Assembly: GCA_951406725.2 (NCBI GenBank)
Contig: OX597823.1
Span: forward strand, 52,018,001 to 52,082,000
Direction: 5' to 3'
DNA length: 64,000 nt
DNA from: Octopus vulgaris
Taxonomy: Eukaryota
Each line of letters begins with the position of its first letter. Position 1 is the first letter of the stretch. The translations under genes and the position numbers were made by a program. A model generated the notes under the pieces. That model saw only the letters and a list, made by a program, of their open reading frames with translations, was not told the origin of the DNA and ran no database searches. Below, piece by piece: positions 25,861-38,438 of the stretch.

Positions 25861-26422
25861 TACATTGTGCATGGCATTGTTAGCAAGTGTTTACCTACTA
25901 TTGCCCTGGCTCAGGCAAAGCCTGGTGGTAAAAGTTCATCCTGTATGAATGTGTGTGTGTGTCTGTGTGTCTCTGTGTGTGTGCAAATGTGAGTTTGTAT
26001 ATGTGTGTGTAAATAAGTTTGTATGTATGCATGCGCATACAAATGCACATAGATTTGGAAAGAAGTAAGAGATGAATGAACATGTGTCATACAAGTAAAA
26101 AAGAAGCACTCAATATTTAAAAAAGAATTACATGAGTTCCAAATAAATCCTGGGAAACATTTGATTTGATTCAATTCAATTTCAATTTTCCTAAGGATAT
26201 ATCTAAAATTCAGAATAACATGCTTTGACTTGATTCCATAGCATAATTAGCCACATACATACTAGCATTTATGTGTGTGCGTGTGTATGTGTGTACGTGT
26301 GTATGTGTGTGTGTGTGTGTGTGCACACGCAAGTATGCATGTGCATATATATATGTGTATGTATGTATATATGCTAGCATGGAAAGCAGATGCTAAACGA
26401 TGATGATGATGATGTATATATA

Positions 26423-26780
26423 CCAACCACATGGTTCTGGGTTCAGTCCCACTGCGTGGCACCTTGGGCAAGTGTCTTCTACTATAGCCTTGGGCTGACC
26501 AAAGCCTTGTGAGTGAATTTGATAGATGGAAACTGAAAGAAACCCGTCGTATATATGTATATATATATATGTGTGTGTGTGTTTGTGTGCCTGTGTTTGT
26601 CCCCCCCCCAAATCGCTTGACAACCAATGCTGGTGTGTTTATGTCCCCATAACTTAATAGTTTGGCTAAAGAGACAGATAGAATAAGTAGTAGGCTTACA
26701 AAGAATAAGTCCTGAGGTCGATTTGCACGACTAAAAGGTGGTGCTCCAGCATGGCCACAGTTAAATGACTGAAACAAGAG
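26423..26780 (+). mobile_element. SINE family A lacking the first ~35 nt
   Basis: accaaccacatggttctgggttcagtcc...atgactgaaacaag. Confidence 0.9.
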
Positions 26781-26799
26781 TATATACATATATATACAT

Positions 26800-26968
26800 A
26801 TATACGACGTGCTTCTTTCTGTTTCCATCTACCAAATCCACTCACAAGGCTTTGGTCGGCCTGAGACTATAGTAGAAGATACTTGCCCAAAGTACCATGT
26901 AGTGGGACTGAACCCAGAACCATATGGTTGTTAAGTAAGCTACTTATCACACAGCCACTCCCACGCCT
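26800..26968 (-). mobile_element. SINE family A head half, inverted relative to 26423
   Basis: atacgacgtgcttctttc...cacagccactcccacgcc. Confidence 0.9.
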
Positions 26969-27005
26969 ATGGCATTGTTGGCAAGTGTTTACCTGCTATA
27001 TACAT

Positions 27006-27081
<76 letters not shown>

Positions 27082-28084
27082 GCACACAAATTAATAAAAT
27101 TTTACTCTATGTATGGAATGCCTTTTTTCTCTTAGAAATTTATAGATATATGTGGATGCGTTTATGTGTATGTTTTTGTGTGTGTGTGATGCATTTGTGC
27201 ATGGGTTTCTCTGCACAAGTGCATTTATATTTAAACCTATGTATTGGTTTATGTATTGATTATTTATCTCTTCATTATAACAAATGGTCATTAATGAAAA
27301 CATCAACTCCTTTGTTAGTACAACATCACAGAAATGTACAAAGCATGACTGAAGAAGAGATATGAGGTGTTACCAGATTGGATCATTAGATATTGTTTAG
27401 TTTAATGTAATTATAATATCCATATCATTGCACTTAGAAATTAGCTGCCAAGTATTGCTTAAAATTCTCTTATAATATAAAGTGTACAAGTATGAAACTA
27501 GAAACACCTACCGAAGAATATATATATATTTTTTTTTTGCAGTCAATATCTGATCACCGTTGAACTTCTTACTGTTGACCCTACAAAATAAATGAATGTT
27601 CAGTGGCTTACACCTATGTAAACTATATTATCTCCTTATTTTATCACATTAACTCTCTATTCTCTCTGTTTCTCTCTCTATTCACTATTCACATTTGCTT
27701 CTCTTTATTGAGAACTTGTTTTCATTACATCAAATGGTCAAGTAATTTGAACTGAAAAACATATATCAGGCTGAGAATAATAATAAAAATATGTGTGAAG
27801 AATATGAAAATCTCCTTAGATCTATTTGCCTGAATATTCAACTTATGCAAGTATTGTTATAAGTCTGCTTATAAGGAATACAAAACAATGATATTACTTC
27901 TAAGTGGTCACTCAATCTACAACAAAGCTCCAATTAGAATGAGAATATTCCCACTTTCATATGATCTTGAGCAAACGAAGGAAGCATTGTGCAGTTGCCC
28001 AACCTGCAAAACAATAGTAATCAACTCTCTGTCAAATCATTCTTTACTATCATACAATGAAAACTTGATATTAAATCATTAAAA

Positions 28085-28220
28085 GTTCTGCAATGGTTGA
28101 CTTTGTCTTTCACCTTCTGGAGTCAATAAAATAAGTACCAGCTGAGCACTTGAGTCGATGTAGTCAACTTACACTCCTCCCACAAAACTGCTGGTCTTGT
28201 ACCAAAATTTGAGACTGATT
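28085..28220 (+). mobile_element. SINE family B, 3' part
   Basis: gttgactttgtctttca...ataaaataagtaccagctgagcact. Confidence 0.75.
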
Positions 28221-28499
28221 TTAAATCATTAGACCATTTTCATTCCATTCTATTCCAAACCTACAATACTCAGTAACTTTTCCTGATACCCCTTATTATG
28301 CATTATCTGTAGGCATCAAGTAAAGTGTACAGATATTAAATAAATTTTCTTCTCCTATCAAGAGTAGACCTTCAATTCAAAAGTCAAGTGCATGGCTTAT
28401 CATCTACTGAAAATTAAAGTACAATATCTTGTGGTTTATAAAAATTATGATAAATATGTCATTAATAATTTCACCACAGCTTCACTGCATGACAATATC

Positions 28500-28700
28500 C
28501 TTTCTACTACAGGCACAAGGTCTGAAATTTTGTGGGTGAGGGCTAAGTCAGTTACATTGACCCAAGTATTCAACTGGTACTTATTTCATAAACCTTGAAA
28601 GGATAAAAGGCAAAGGCAAAGTCAACCTCAGTGAAATTTGAACTCAGAAGAATGAAAAACAGCTGAAATGTTGCTAAGCCTTTTTCTGGTGTGCTAACTT
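28500..28700 (-). mobile_element. SINE family B
   Basis: ctggtacttattt...aaaggcaaagtcaacctc..gaaatttgaactcagaa. Confidence 0.75.
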
Positions 28701-28964
28701 AGACTTCTACAGAACATATCCAATGGATTTATGACAATTTAGGAGATTTTCAGATTATTATTATTATGACTATTAAGATTATTGAAATTATTAAAACAAT
28801 ATATATTTGTGGTTTGCCTCTAAAAAGTAATCATAACTGAAATATTATATAGACAACCATAAATAAATCTGCTTGTGTGTATAGATCAGATTGCCTTGAT
28901 TTATTTTTATTCATAAATTTTTGTAAATATTAATTTAGCAATTAATATTTTCAGATTTTCTCAC

Positions 28965-29370
28965 GGTGGTGAGGTGGCAAAATCATCAACATGCCAGGCA
29001 ACATGCTTAGTGGAATTTCGTGTTTCTTTGTTCTGAGTTCAAACTCCACCAAGGTTGACTTTGCTTTTCGTTTTTTTGTTGGTAAAATAAGTACCAGCTG
29101 AGCACTGGGGCTGTTGTAATTGACTAACCCCTATCCTAAAATTACTGGCCTTGTGCAAACATTTGAAACCAATATTTTCAGGTTTTCTAAGATTGTTAGT
29201 ATGTAACTGTTCATATTTTTGTGTTCTGAGTTCAAATTCCTTGAAAAAAAATTTTGCTTTTCTTCCTGGAATCAATGAAATAAGTGCCACTCATTACTAA
29301 AGTCGATATATTTAGTTACTCATAACCCTCAGGTAAATGGTTTCAAGCCTATAGTAAAAAATAACTATTT
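28965..29370 (+). mobile_element. Two tandem SINE family B copies (28965-29175 and partial 29215-29370)
   Basis: ggtggtgaggtggcaaaatc...ctgagttcaaa occurs twice. Confidence 0.75.
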
Positions 29371-31014
29371 CCAGGTTTTACACCCAAATATACAATTCAT
29401 AAATTAACAAAAACTTCAATTTCAACGATATATATTAATTTCATTAATAATTTAGCAATGTTAAAGGATATTTCATGATTGACAAAAAGAAGCCTTTCTG
29501 TATTTATTTACTTGTTTACTTTACCTATTTATTTACATAACTACATAGCACCAATGTTAAGGAATTAAGTCAACTGTTTATTGTATTTTTAATTTTCATC
29601 CATGCATCTGCCAAAATATTGATGTCAGAGATTTCTTGCAAGGTTAAAATCTTGGCAGATGTGATTTAAGTCATGTGGATAAAATGTAAATTCAAAATCC
29701 ACTCAATTAATTCTAGTTACTTAAACCTTTCTATAGTTATATACAAACTGGCAGTGTATCAACTTATTTCTCTCTGGAAAAATTAAATATTAAAAAAAAT
29801 CAGCAGGTAGAGGTGAAAATTAGCCAATAGCAAAGAGGGTGTATAGAATATGAAAAGATCAAAGTTTAGCTTAGAGGGAAAACAAAATATGTGGCTAGAA
29901 ATATAAACCCAAACAGTAAATTGGTTTTCTGTAACTTGAAGAAAAGTTATTAACCTTTTTTGTTTTATTATTCTATTTTATCTTTTATTCATCTCTTTAT
30001 TTTCCTTTTTATTTCAATTGATTTTGTGTTATTGTTATTTTTCTATTTGGGGGTTTATTTCACTCATACATACATACATACATACATACATACATACATA
30101 CATACATACATGCATGCATATACATGCAGACATACATGTGTGTGTGTGTGTGTATGCATATGAGAAATCTTATTGAAGCAGTTGTCATATTTGATATATT
30201 AGTTCTTGCTATGATCAAATATAGAATAAAAAAATAAATATTGGTAATAAGAATGAAAAAAATATTTATGAGAAATATATAAAAGAGAGAATCTTTTAGC
30301 TCAGTTATCAATAACAATAAATACAGAATTGATTAAGAAGTTATGTTTTTATATGTATATATTTGTGATATGTCAAAACATCACATATTGATAAAAACTT
30401 CTAACAAGAAATAACACCTTTTTAAGATATTTAAACATAAAAATATTGCATTGAATGTTTCTCTTGGAGTATTAAATTCATTTCTTGATCAATGAGTAAG
30501 TTTTTCTGGCACAGAAATATGAGTTCCGGAATTGATGCTTGTATATAAAAAAGCTTTGAAGTCTATAGTTATGTAGTTCAAATTTTGCATTGATCAACTT
30601 TACTCATATTTTCTCTGAGGCTATTAATATACTCACCAACATTGCTTTTGAATGCAACGAAGTCAAATTAGCTGAAGGCAAGCTGAATCGGCAACTTGAT
30701 TTCAAATTCTGGTTGTGAATACCTTGCTTTCTTTACATTCTGTTTATACCAGATGTTGATCAACAGAATATTAACAGTATATATATCAAAACATATCTGG
30801 TGTGTTATTATTACCACTTAGTCTTTGGTCAACACTTCAGTAAAAAGACCAGTGATCAAAGGCATTCCAGCAGTAACCATCTCATTTTTTTCTTTTTTCC
30901 TTCTTTTTTATTTCTTTTCTCTCTCTCACTTTTTTTTTCTTTTTTTGCAAAAGAATATATCTAGAATTACATTATCCAAAGTATCCTTTTTAAAAATTTT
31001 TTTCTGAGCCAGAG

Positions 31015-31231
31015 TTTCATTACCAACCTGGCTGAAACCGGCTCTGGCCCTGAGTACAAATGTCTTGTTTTCATAAGTTTGTAATTGAAATCTTCCACCA
31101 AATCTTAGTCACAATTTATGTTCCTAACACTAGCTTAAGGATAACTAAGTTATTTTATTAAATTCTTTGTTAAATTTAAAGTAATTGAAAGAAACATAGA
31201 ACATCTCAAAATAAATACAGTAACAAAAGGG
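31015..31231 (+). mobile_element. piggyBac-like MITE family 1 (left terminus eroded)
   Basis: Near-identical to 42171-42392; ends aaaggg|ttaa. Confidence 0.85.
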
Positions 31232-31299
31232 TTAATATTTCCAGCAGGCAAGCATACATGCAACTCATACTTGCAGCATTCAAATATCTTATGTTTGCC

Positions 31300-31605
31300 C
31301 ATTCATTCTACTGAGGTTGACTTTACCTTTCATTTTTTCGGGGGTCAATAAAATGGGTACCAGTTGAGTACTGGGGTCAATGTAATTGACTTACCCCCAT
31401 CCCCCAAGGTACTGGCCTCATGCCAAAATTTGAAACCAATATATCAGCTATAAAGGGGTAACCCTGCAATGAACTAGCCTTCCAATCAGAGGGTATGTTG
31501 GTCTGCTCATCTAGTCAGCGGGATGGTATCATTCAAATGCTAAAATGATGCAAAGTGCATTGTGACCAGCAATGTATAACATCTGATAGTCTGGTTGATC
31601 ACACG
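31300..31605 (+). mobile_element. SINE family B 3' part followed by another SINE-like tail fragment
   Basis: gaggttgactttacc...gtaccagttgagtactgggg, then aaccctgcaatgaactagc...tctggttgatcacacgtg. Confidence 0.6.
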
Positions 31606-32101
31606 TGCAACCAAGAGAATACTCTCCATCTGGCATTTGCCATATTCTGAACGACTTACTTCCCTGGGCATGGATACATTGAAACTCCGACGTCTGGCAG
31701 CTGACTTGGCAGACACCCATAAAATTATTAACCATCCTACTAACAATAACTCTGAGCACCTTTCCAAACTCCACCTGTCTAACACCCGTGGACATGTTTA
31801 CAAAGTCAGAAAACAGGACAGCTCCCATGACTTTCGGAAACATTTTTTCACACTAAGAGTTCCTGAAGTATGGAACAAACTGCCAGCATCAGTTGTTAGT
31901 TGTCGGAGCTCTGCATCCTTCAAAACTTCCATGCTTCCTGAGATTCCCCAACACTACACTTGATATTCTCTCTTCCATACACACGCAAGCATGTATCTGA
32001 CTCGTACACTGTTCACTTCCCAGACATTTGTACATTACTGTATATGCTTTATATGCACTTTTGACAAGTTGCGGTGCACCTGAGCACTGTATACAATAAT
32101 T

Positions 32102-32105
<4 letters not shown>
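31605..32105 (+). pseudogene. CR1-clade LINE 3' end (ORF2 C-terminus + 3'UTR, (ATT)n tail)
   Basis: RATKRI...YSERLTSLGMDTLKLRRLAADL...TRGHVYKV...RKHFFTLRV.EVWNKLP.SVV...FK. Confidence 0.9.
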
Positions 32106-32153
<48 letters not shown>

Positions 32154-32157
<4 letters not shown>

Positions 32158-32581
32158 TAGTTTTATTTTTATAGCGTGCTTTCACTTCACTACCGAGCGC
32201 AGCTCTGTGTGCCTTGGGTATGTGCTGTGATTTGTTGTGATGCTCTGATGGTTATTGTATGGAAAGTGTTCTGCGTAGGATGCGTGCAGTGCCTAGTAGT
32301 GCAATTTTCTGTATGTTATATGTGTTTGTAAGTCCTGGTGTTTTTGTTATGTGTTTGTCTGAATATTTTTTTATCATGCCTAATGCACCTACTATGATAG
32401 GAATTGTTTCTGTTTTCAGATTCCACATTCTAGTTACCTCTATTTCCAGGTCTTTGTATTTTGAGAGTTTCTCCATTTCTTTTAGAGACACGTTGTCATC
32501 AGCCGGTATTGATACATCAATTAGAAAGCATTTTTTTTTTTTTCTTCATGGTCTCTGACAACTATATCTGGTCTGTTGGCC
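32154..32581 (-). pseudogene. 5'-truncated Dong/R4 retrotransposon (endonuclease + 3'UTR) in (TAA)n
   Basis: NRPDIVV...FLIDVSIPADDNVSLKEMEKLSKYKDL...IPIIVGALG...IQKIALLGTARILR; TAA repeats on both sides. Confidence 0.92.
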
Positions 32582-33159
32582 TTATTATTATTATTATTAT
32601 TATTATTATAATCACATGAATATCTATTATAAAAAGCAATCGGATATTAAGGAGAAAAACATGAACTCAGTCCTCAGTACAAGAAAATACAAATAAAGTG
32701 AAGGGGAAGAATATCGAGAAATTTGTGAGTGCTTGTTTTTAAGTTAATAGTTAATAAAAAAAGGTTAATAGTTAAGTAAAAAGTAAACTGTTTTATAATC
32801 AGATATGAAGTTAGTTTAATGGGGATGATACATAAAAATTATTTCTTTGCTACTCGTCAGAAAATACTGAGACAAATTAAGACAATGTTAAAAATAAAGA
32901 TAGCTGCATCAAAAATGAAATGCATTTAGTGTTTCTATAACATCTAGAGTGAACAAAATGTAACATTTAGCAATTAAATAGATATGACTGTGTGGTAAGA
33001 AGCTTGCTTCCCAACCAGTTTTCCAATTTCTGTCCCACTGTGTGAAATCTTCAACAAGTGTCTTCTACTTCTACTATAGCCTCTGTTTTACCAAAACCTT
33101 GTGAGTGGATCTGGTAGATGGAAACTGAAAGAAGCCTGTCAGGCATGTGTGTATGTGTG

Positions 33160-33229
<70 letters not shown>

Positions 33230-33291
33230 TATATGTATTTGTAAATATGTATTTATATTTATATGTATGTATGCATATATATATATATGAA

Positions 33292-33524
33292 TTAGAGAAA
33301 AACCACTATTATGCAATTCAAGCAATGATAGAAATAAACCAAATCATAAATAAAAAATAAAATATATTTTAAAACATATAACTAGATCACAAAAAGTACA
33401 AAAATGAATAAACAATATATAATAAGTAAAAAGACTACGTACATTTCACGGCTGTAATTTAATACTTGATTTAATACTAAATTGAATTTTTCCCTGTAAG
33501 TTTGGAGTTATACTCCCTAATATT

Positions 33525-33530
<6 letters not shown>
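33292..33530 (-). repeat. AT-rich element in (TA)n shared with 3746-3890; retains only the GAAA-GUAC-GUA half of a hammerhead
   Basis: Minus strand gtgaaatgtacgtagtc near 33432-33448. Confidence 0.55.
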
Positions 33531-33564
<34 letters not shown>

Positions 33565-33566
<2 letters not shown>

Positions 33567-33735
33567 CTGTAAATAATTATTATAAGCTTTAAGCTTATAA
33601 GTATTTACTGTGTATTGGCTATAGAAACTAGTGTAACAGTGGGCTTATATGTCCCAATGTTGGGCTATTTTTTATAACCAATACACGATGAATGCTTATT
33701 TATAAGCTTAAAGCTAATAATTATTATTTACAGAA
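33565..33735. repeat. Foldback palindrome (~80-bp arms)
   Basis: ttctgtaaataat...aagcttataa...gtgtattgg.tata vs tataaccaatacac...ttataagctt...attatttacagaa. Confidence 0.85.
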
Positions 33736-34030
33736 TTTTCACTCATCACCATTTCTTAATTTAATGCAATGTGTATGTGTGTATGTGTGAGTGTATCTGT
33801 GTGTGTTTGTCCCCCCACCACTGTTTGACAACTGTTGGCGTATTTATGTACCCTGTAACTTAGCACTCCAGCAAAAGTAAGTGACAGAAGTACCGTGCCT
33901 AAAAACAAATTAATACTGGAGTCAATTCATCTGATTAAAATAATCCTTCAACATCTCCATCCACAGTATAGCCCCAGTCTACTGACTGAAATATGTAAAA
34001 GATAAAAGATAAAATCTATATATATATATG

Positions 34031-34072
<42 letters not shown>

Positions 34073-34139
34073 AATTTTTTGCGTAGTAAGATAAAAAAAA
34101 AGAAGGTTGTGTAGATATTAGAGCATTTATAGATAAAAG

Positions 34140-34191
34140 GTCTTACAGCTGTTTCCAGGATATTTATTAATTATATGCCTTCATCGGAGAC
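34140..34191 (-). ncRNA. Type I hammerhead ribozyme motif in a ~200-bp element flanked by (TA)n
   Basis: GUCU-CCGAUGA-AGGCAUAU-loop-AUAUCCUG-GAAAC-AGCU-GUA-AGAC; 4-bp stem I and palindromic AGCU loop in stem III. Confidence 0.75.
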
Positions 34192-34839
34192 AGTGTGAGA
34201 GGATAATCAAGTCATAGTAAGTTTAGATGTGATACAAAATAGAGAGTGAGGAAAGAAAATAGATGCAAGATATATATATATATGTATACATACATATATA
34301 TATATATATGTATATATATGAATGTGTATGTATATATGTATACATATATATATATATACATATACACATGTGTGTGTGTGTATATCTTAGATTCTCATCT
34401 TGTAGCAGAAGAGAAATTTGGTATTGTGGAAGTGGATAAATAAATTACTCAAACATTCAGCTCTGGTTATTGAACCTTATTCTCTGGTTGGCAGCTTTTA
34501 ACAGAATTTTGATATCATCTGAATCAGAAGTTTAATAATAAATGGCAGAGCAATCAGTATAAAAGGTTTCAACTCAATTTATCACTAAAACTCTTATCTT
34601 CAACAAATACAGTACAATATAATTGAGTGAAAATTATAAAACTGAATGATAAGAAAATTCAGGTAACATTTCGCTAAAGATGTAATATTTTTTTCAAGTT
34701 CAAAATTATAATTTTTTAATCTTTTCTTTTTAATAGGGATTTGGAGATGTTAGATGAAACAAAATCGTATGAAACTATACTATTTGCAATGGACAAAAAT
34801 ACAAAGCCATCATGAGAATGTATGGCACTGGTACTGGCA

Positions 34840-35128
34840 CTATGCTGGTTATGACGATGAGGGTTCCAGTTGGTTCGATCAATAGAACAGCCTCTTCATG
34901 AAGTGAATGTGCATGTGGCTGAGCACTCCACAGTTACGTGGCGCTCAGGGGGATTCAGTGTGGTACAGAATGTGACACGGCTGTCCCTTTTGAAATATAG
35001 GTGCTACCTATTTTTGCCAGCCCAGCTGAATGGACTATTGCAACATGAAATAGAGTGTCTTGCTTAAGGACACAATGCATCACCAAGAATTGAACTCATG
35101 ACCTTGCAATCATGACCCACGTGCCTTC
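34840..35128 (-). mobile_element. SINE family C (alternative tail), old copy
   Basis: Diverged, CpG-depleted homologue of 36109-36436. Confidence 0.8.
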
Positions 35129-36108
35129 AATGATAATTTATAAAGTACTATAATTTCTAAAATTATAATACCACAGAAGGGTTTTTCATAATTATAATTC
35201 CTTCAAAATGTTGTTATAATTTTTAAAAATCAACGTATCCATGATACAAGCAATGGCTATGTGGTTATGAAGTTTAACTGGCAATCACATTTTTCGAGTT
35301 CAATTTCAGTGTGATTTTATTCGTGTGTCTTCTACCATAGTGTCAGCTTGACAAAACCCTTCTGAGTGAAATTTACTAGATGGCAACCATCTTTTATACT
35401 ACATCTGTTTCACTCACTGTTTACTGGGGTAACATCTTGAGTGTAGTTGAACAAAGCAACCCCTTACTAACCTTTTTTAATAAGTAAACCCAATACTTAT
35501 TGTTTGAAAGCCTGCTGCCTATCTTATTGGTACTTTTGCCGGTAAGATTGTCTCTCACAAAATTCTCAAATTGCCCATGGATATACTTGCTTCACTTTCT
35601 GTCTTTTCTATCAATACTGCAATGATCTCTATTCCTTGGAACTGGCTGTTACCATTCTACTTCCTCAAAGGCACTTCCAATTCATGCATCATCATCATCA
35701 TCATCCAGATTTTGATGTCTACCCTGCAAGTTCAGCCTAACCAATATACCCTGTCCTTCTTTCTCAGAATCTAACCTTCCATAATTCTACCCCTGCACAT
35801 GTTTTTCCTACATTCACCAACTTGTAACAGTTTAAGCAGAAAATTAAAGACATTCATTAGCCAAGTATCAGAGGACTTGGATTGACAAAGGCCACAATAC
35901 CTTCCTTACAGACCTAAGGAAAAAACAAAACCAAGAACCAAAACAAAACAGCTGGCCATCACCCCTCTGTTATAATTCTGGTATTTTATCATAATATTTT
36001 GTCTATGATAAGAATGTAGTGATATTAGATGAAGCAAAATCATGAGAATCTATATAATTTACAATGGACAAAAATATTAAGTCATTGGTACAATGTATAA
36101 AGTACTAT

Positions 36109-36436
36109 CTTAAAAGACTCCGCCGGTTACGACGACGAGGGTCCCAGCTGATACGATCAACGGAACAGCTTGCTCGTGAAATTAACGTGCAAATGGCTGA
36201 GCATTCCACAGACATGTGTACCCTTAACGTAGTTCTCGGGGATAATCAGCGTGACACAGAGAGTGACAAGGCTGACCCTTTGAAATACAAGTACAACTCA
36301 TTTTTACCAGCTGAGTAGTCTGGAGAAACGTGAAATAAAGTGTCTTGCTCAAGGACACAACGCGTCGCCGGGAATTGAACTCACAACCTTATGATCATGA
36401 GCCAAATGCCCTAACCACTAAGCCACGCGCCCTCAC
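36109..36436 (-). mobile_element. SINE family C (alternative tail), young copy with TSD
   Basis: tRNA-like head gcgtggcttagtggttaggg...gagttcaattccc; 12-bp TSD ataaagtactat at 36097-36108 and 36437-36448. Confidence 0.92.
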
Positions 36437-36464
36437 ATAAAGTACTATAATACATAATAAAATA

Positions 36465-36698
36465 CCTATTTCTTTACTACCCACACGGAGGCTAAACAAA
36501 AAGGGGACAAACAAAGACAGACACACGGATTAAGGCAATTACATCGAATCCAGTGCGTAACTGGTACTTATTTAATCGACCCCGAAAGGATGAAAGGCAA
36601 AGTCGACCTCGGCGGAATTTGAACTCAGAACGTAACAGCAGATGAAATATGGCTATGCATTTCACCCGGCGTGCTAATGTTTCTGCCAGCTCACCGCC
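36465..36698 (-). mobile_element. SINE family B, full length
   Basis: Reverse complement of the 46170-46400 family. Confidence 0.9.
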
Positions 36699-37791
36699 TT
36701 ACCAAAAATTGATTATTAATTTTGATGTCAAAATTAAGTTTTTTGCCAATTATTTTTTTTGCCAATTTTTCAATATTAAGCAGTGTTAATGTATTTAGTG
36801 TTCTCTACATGATAAATATATGAATGTGTGTATATATATAGTATTTCTTGTCGTGTGTATTTCTTAGTGACAATGTAATTCTCTGTGAGCGTGTCTGTGT
36901 GTGTGTGCACCTTTGCAAAAATGATGTGCATTTTTTACCGTTGTAAATCAGTGCATAAATGAATACATTGAATATGTAATCTGCATGTATATGAACATAT
37001 GTATGCATGCAAGCTTACAATATGTATGTGTGTGTGTAAATGTGTATGTGTGTGTAAATGTGTATGTTTGTGAATGCAAGTGTACTCATGCATTTATGTT
37101 TGTGTATATCAGTGAGTGAGTACGATTTTATCTGAATGTGTGTGGCTGAGTATGCATGTGCTTGTATGCATGTGTATCAGTGCATATCTATATGTTTGTG
37201 TATTTTTCTCCGAGTGTGCATGCATGTGCATGTATGTGTGCATATGTGTGCATGTGTATGCAAGCAGACAGATATAACCACATGACTGAATCTATTCAGA
37301 TTTTTCTCTGTAACTTCTCTATTACCCCTCAGCTTCACCACCTCATAGATTGTACCCATTCCCCCTTTTATATAATCCTTTTCCCTTCACACCTCCCTCC
37401 CTCCCACTAGCTCTCTGCAGGCGCAGTTTCTATTATATCACATTGCATGGTTTAATCATGTTATGCTTGACTGAAAGAAGTCACGACCCATCTAATCCTT
37501 CATGTTCAGATCCCACACAAACCTGCTTCCCTCTCCTTCCCTATCTATATATCCTTATATCTTCTGCTCTCCCCTTCCCCCATTCTTTACTCCCTTTCTT
37601 CATCTTCCAATTCCTCATATCTCTCATCTCACATCTCTCTTTCTCTCTCTCAAGATTACAATACATACATATTTTACTGTATTTTTCACAATATATATAT
37701 ATATATACATATGTATGCACATATGTGTGTATGTATTTATTTACATAAATATCTATACATCATATATATATATATATATATACATACATAC

Positions 37792-37826
<35 letters not shown>

Positions 37827-37847
37827 TATGTATGTGTGTGTGTGTAA

Positions 37848-37881
<34 letters not shown>

Positions 37882-38044
37882 ATATATGTATGTGTGAGTG
37901 CATGTATATATTACATACTCACACACATATTCACATACCTCCCTCCCTGTTGTTTCCATTTACTTTTCTTCTCCATTTCACATAACATCCTTTTTGTTAC
38001 TTCTTTCCTCTTCCCTTTTCTTTCTCTTTCTATCTTTCTGTCTG

Positions 38045-38113
<69 letters not shown>

Positions 38114-38323
38114 TTGCTTATCTGTCTGTCTAACTGTCTGTCTGTCTAACTGTTTGTCTGTCTGTCTTTATTGTTTACACTTATTTTCATTTTTTCTCTT
38201 GTTTTGGTTTTGTTTTATTTTCTTCTCTCGTTTGCATGTATTTTTTTAATCTCTTTGTTTTTAAATATCAATCTCTAATCTACTAAATCTTTATTTGAAC
38301 ACATCAAAGCTACCTTAAGGTTT

Positions 38324-38359
<36 letters not shown>

Positions 38360-38390
38360 GACACACATGCACAAATACATACACACACAC

Positions 38391-38438
<48 letters not shown>

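Larger units (their letters stand above)
32980..34012 (+). mobile_element. SINE family A split by insertions in its internal microsatellite
   Basis: Head 32980-33145 and tail 33780-34012, with unrelated elements between. Confidence 0.75.

Noticed and set aside
30186-30222. Short hairpin with partial resemblance to miR-190
   Set aside because: Seed mismatch, and the hairpin is too short for a precursor.
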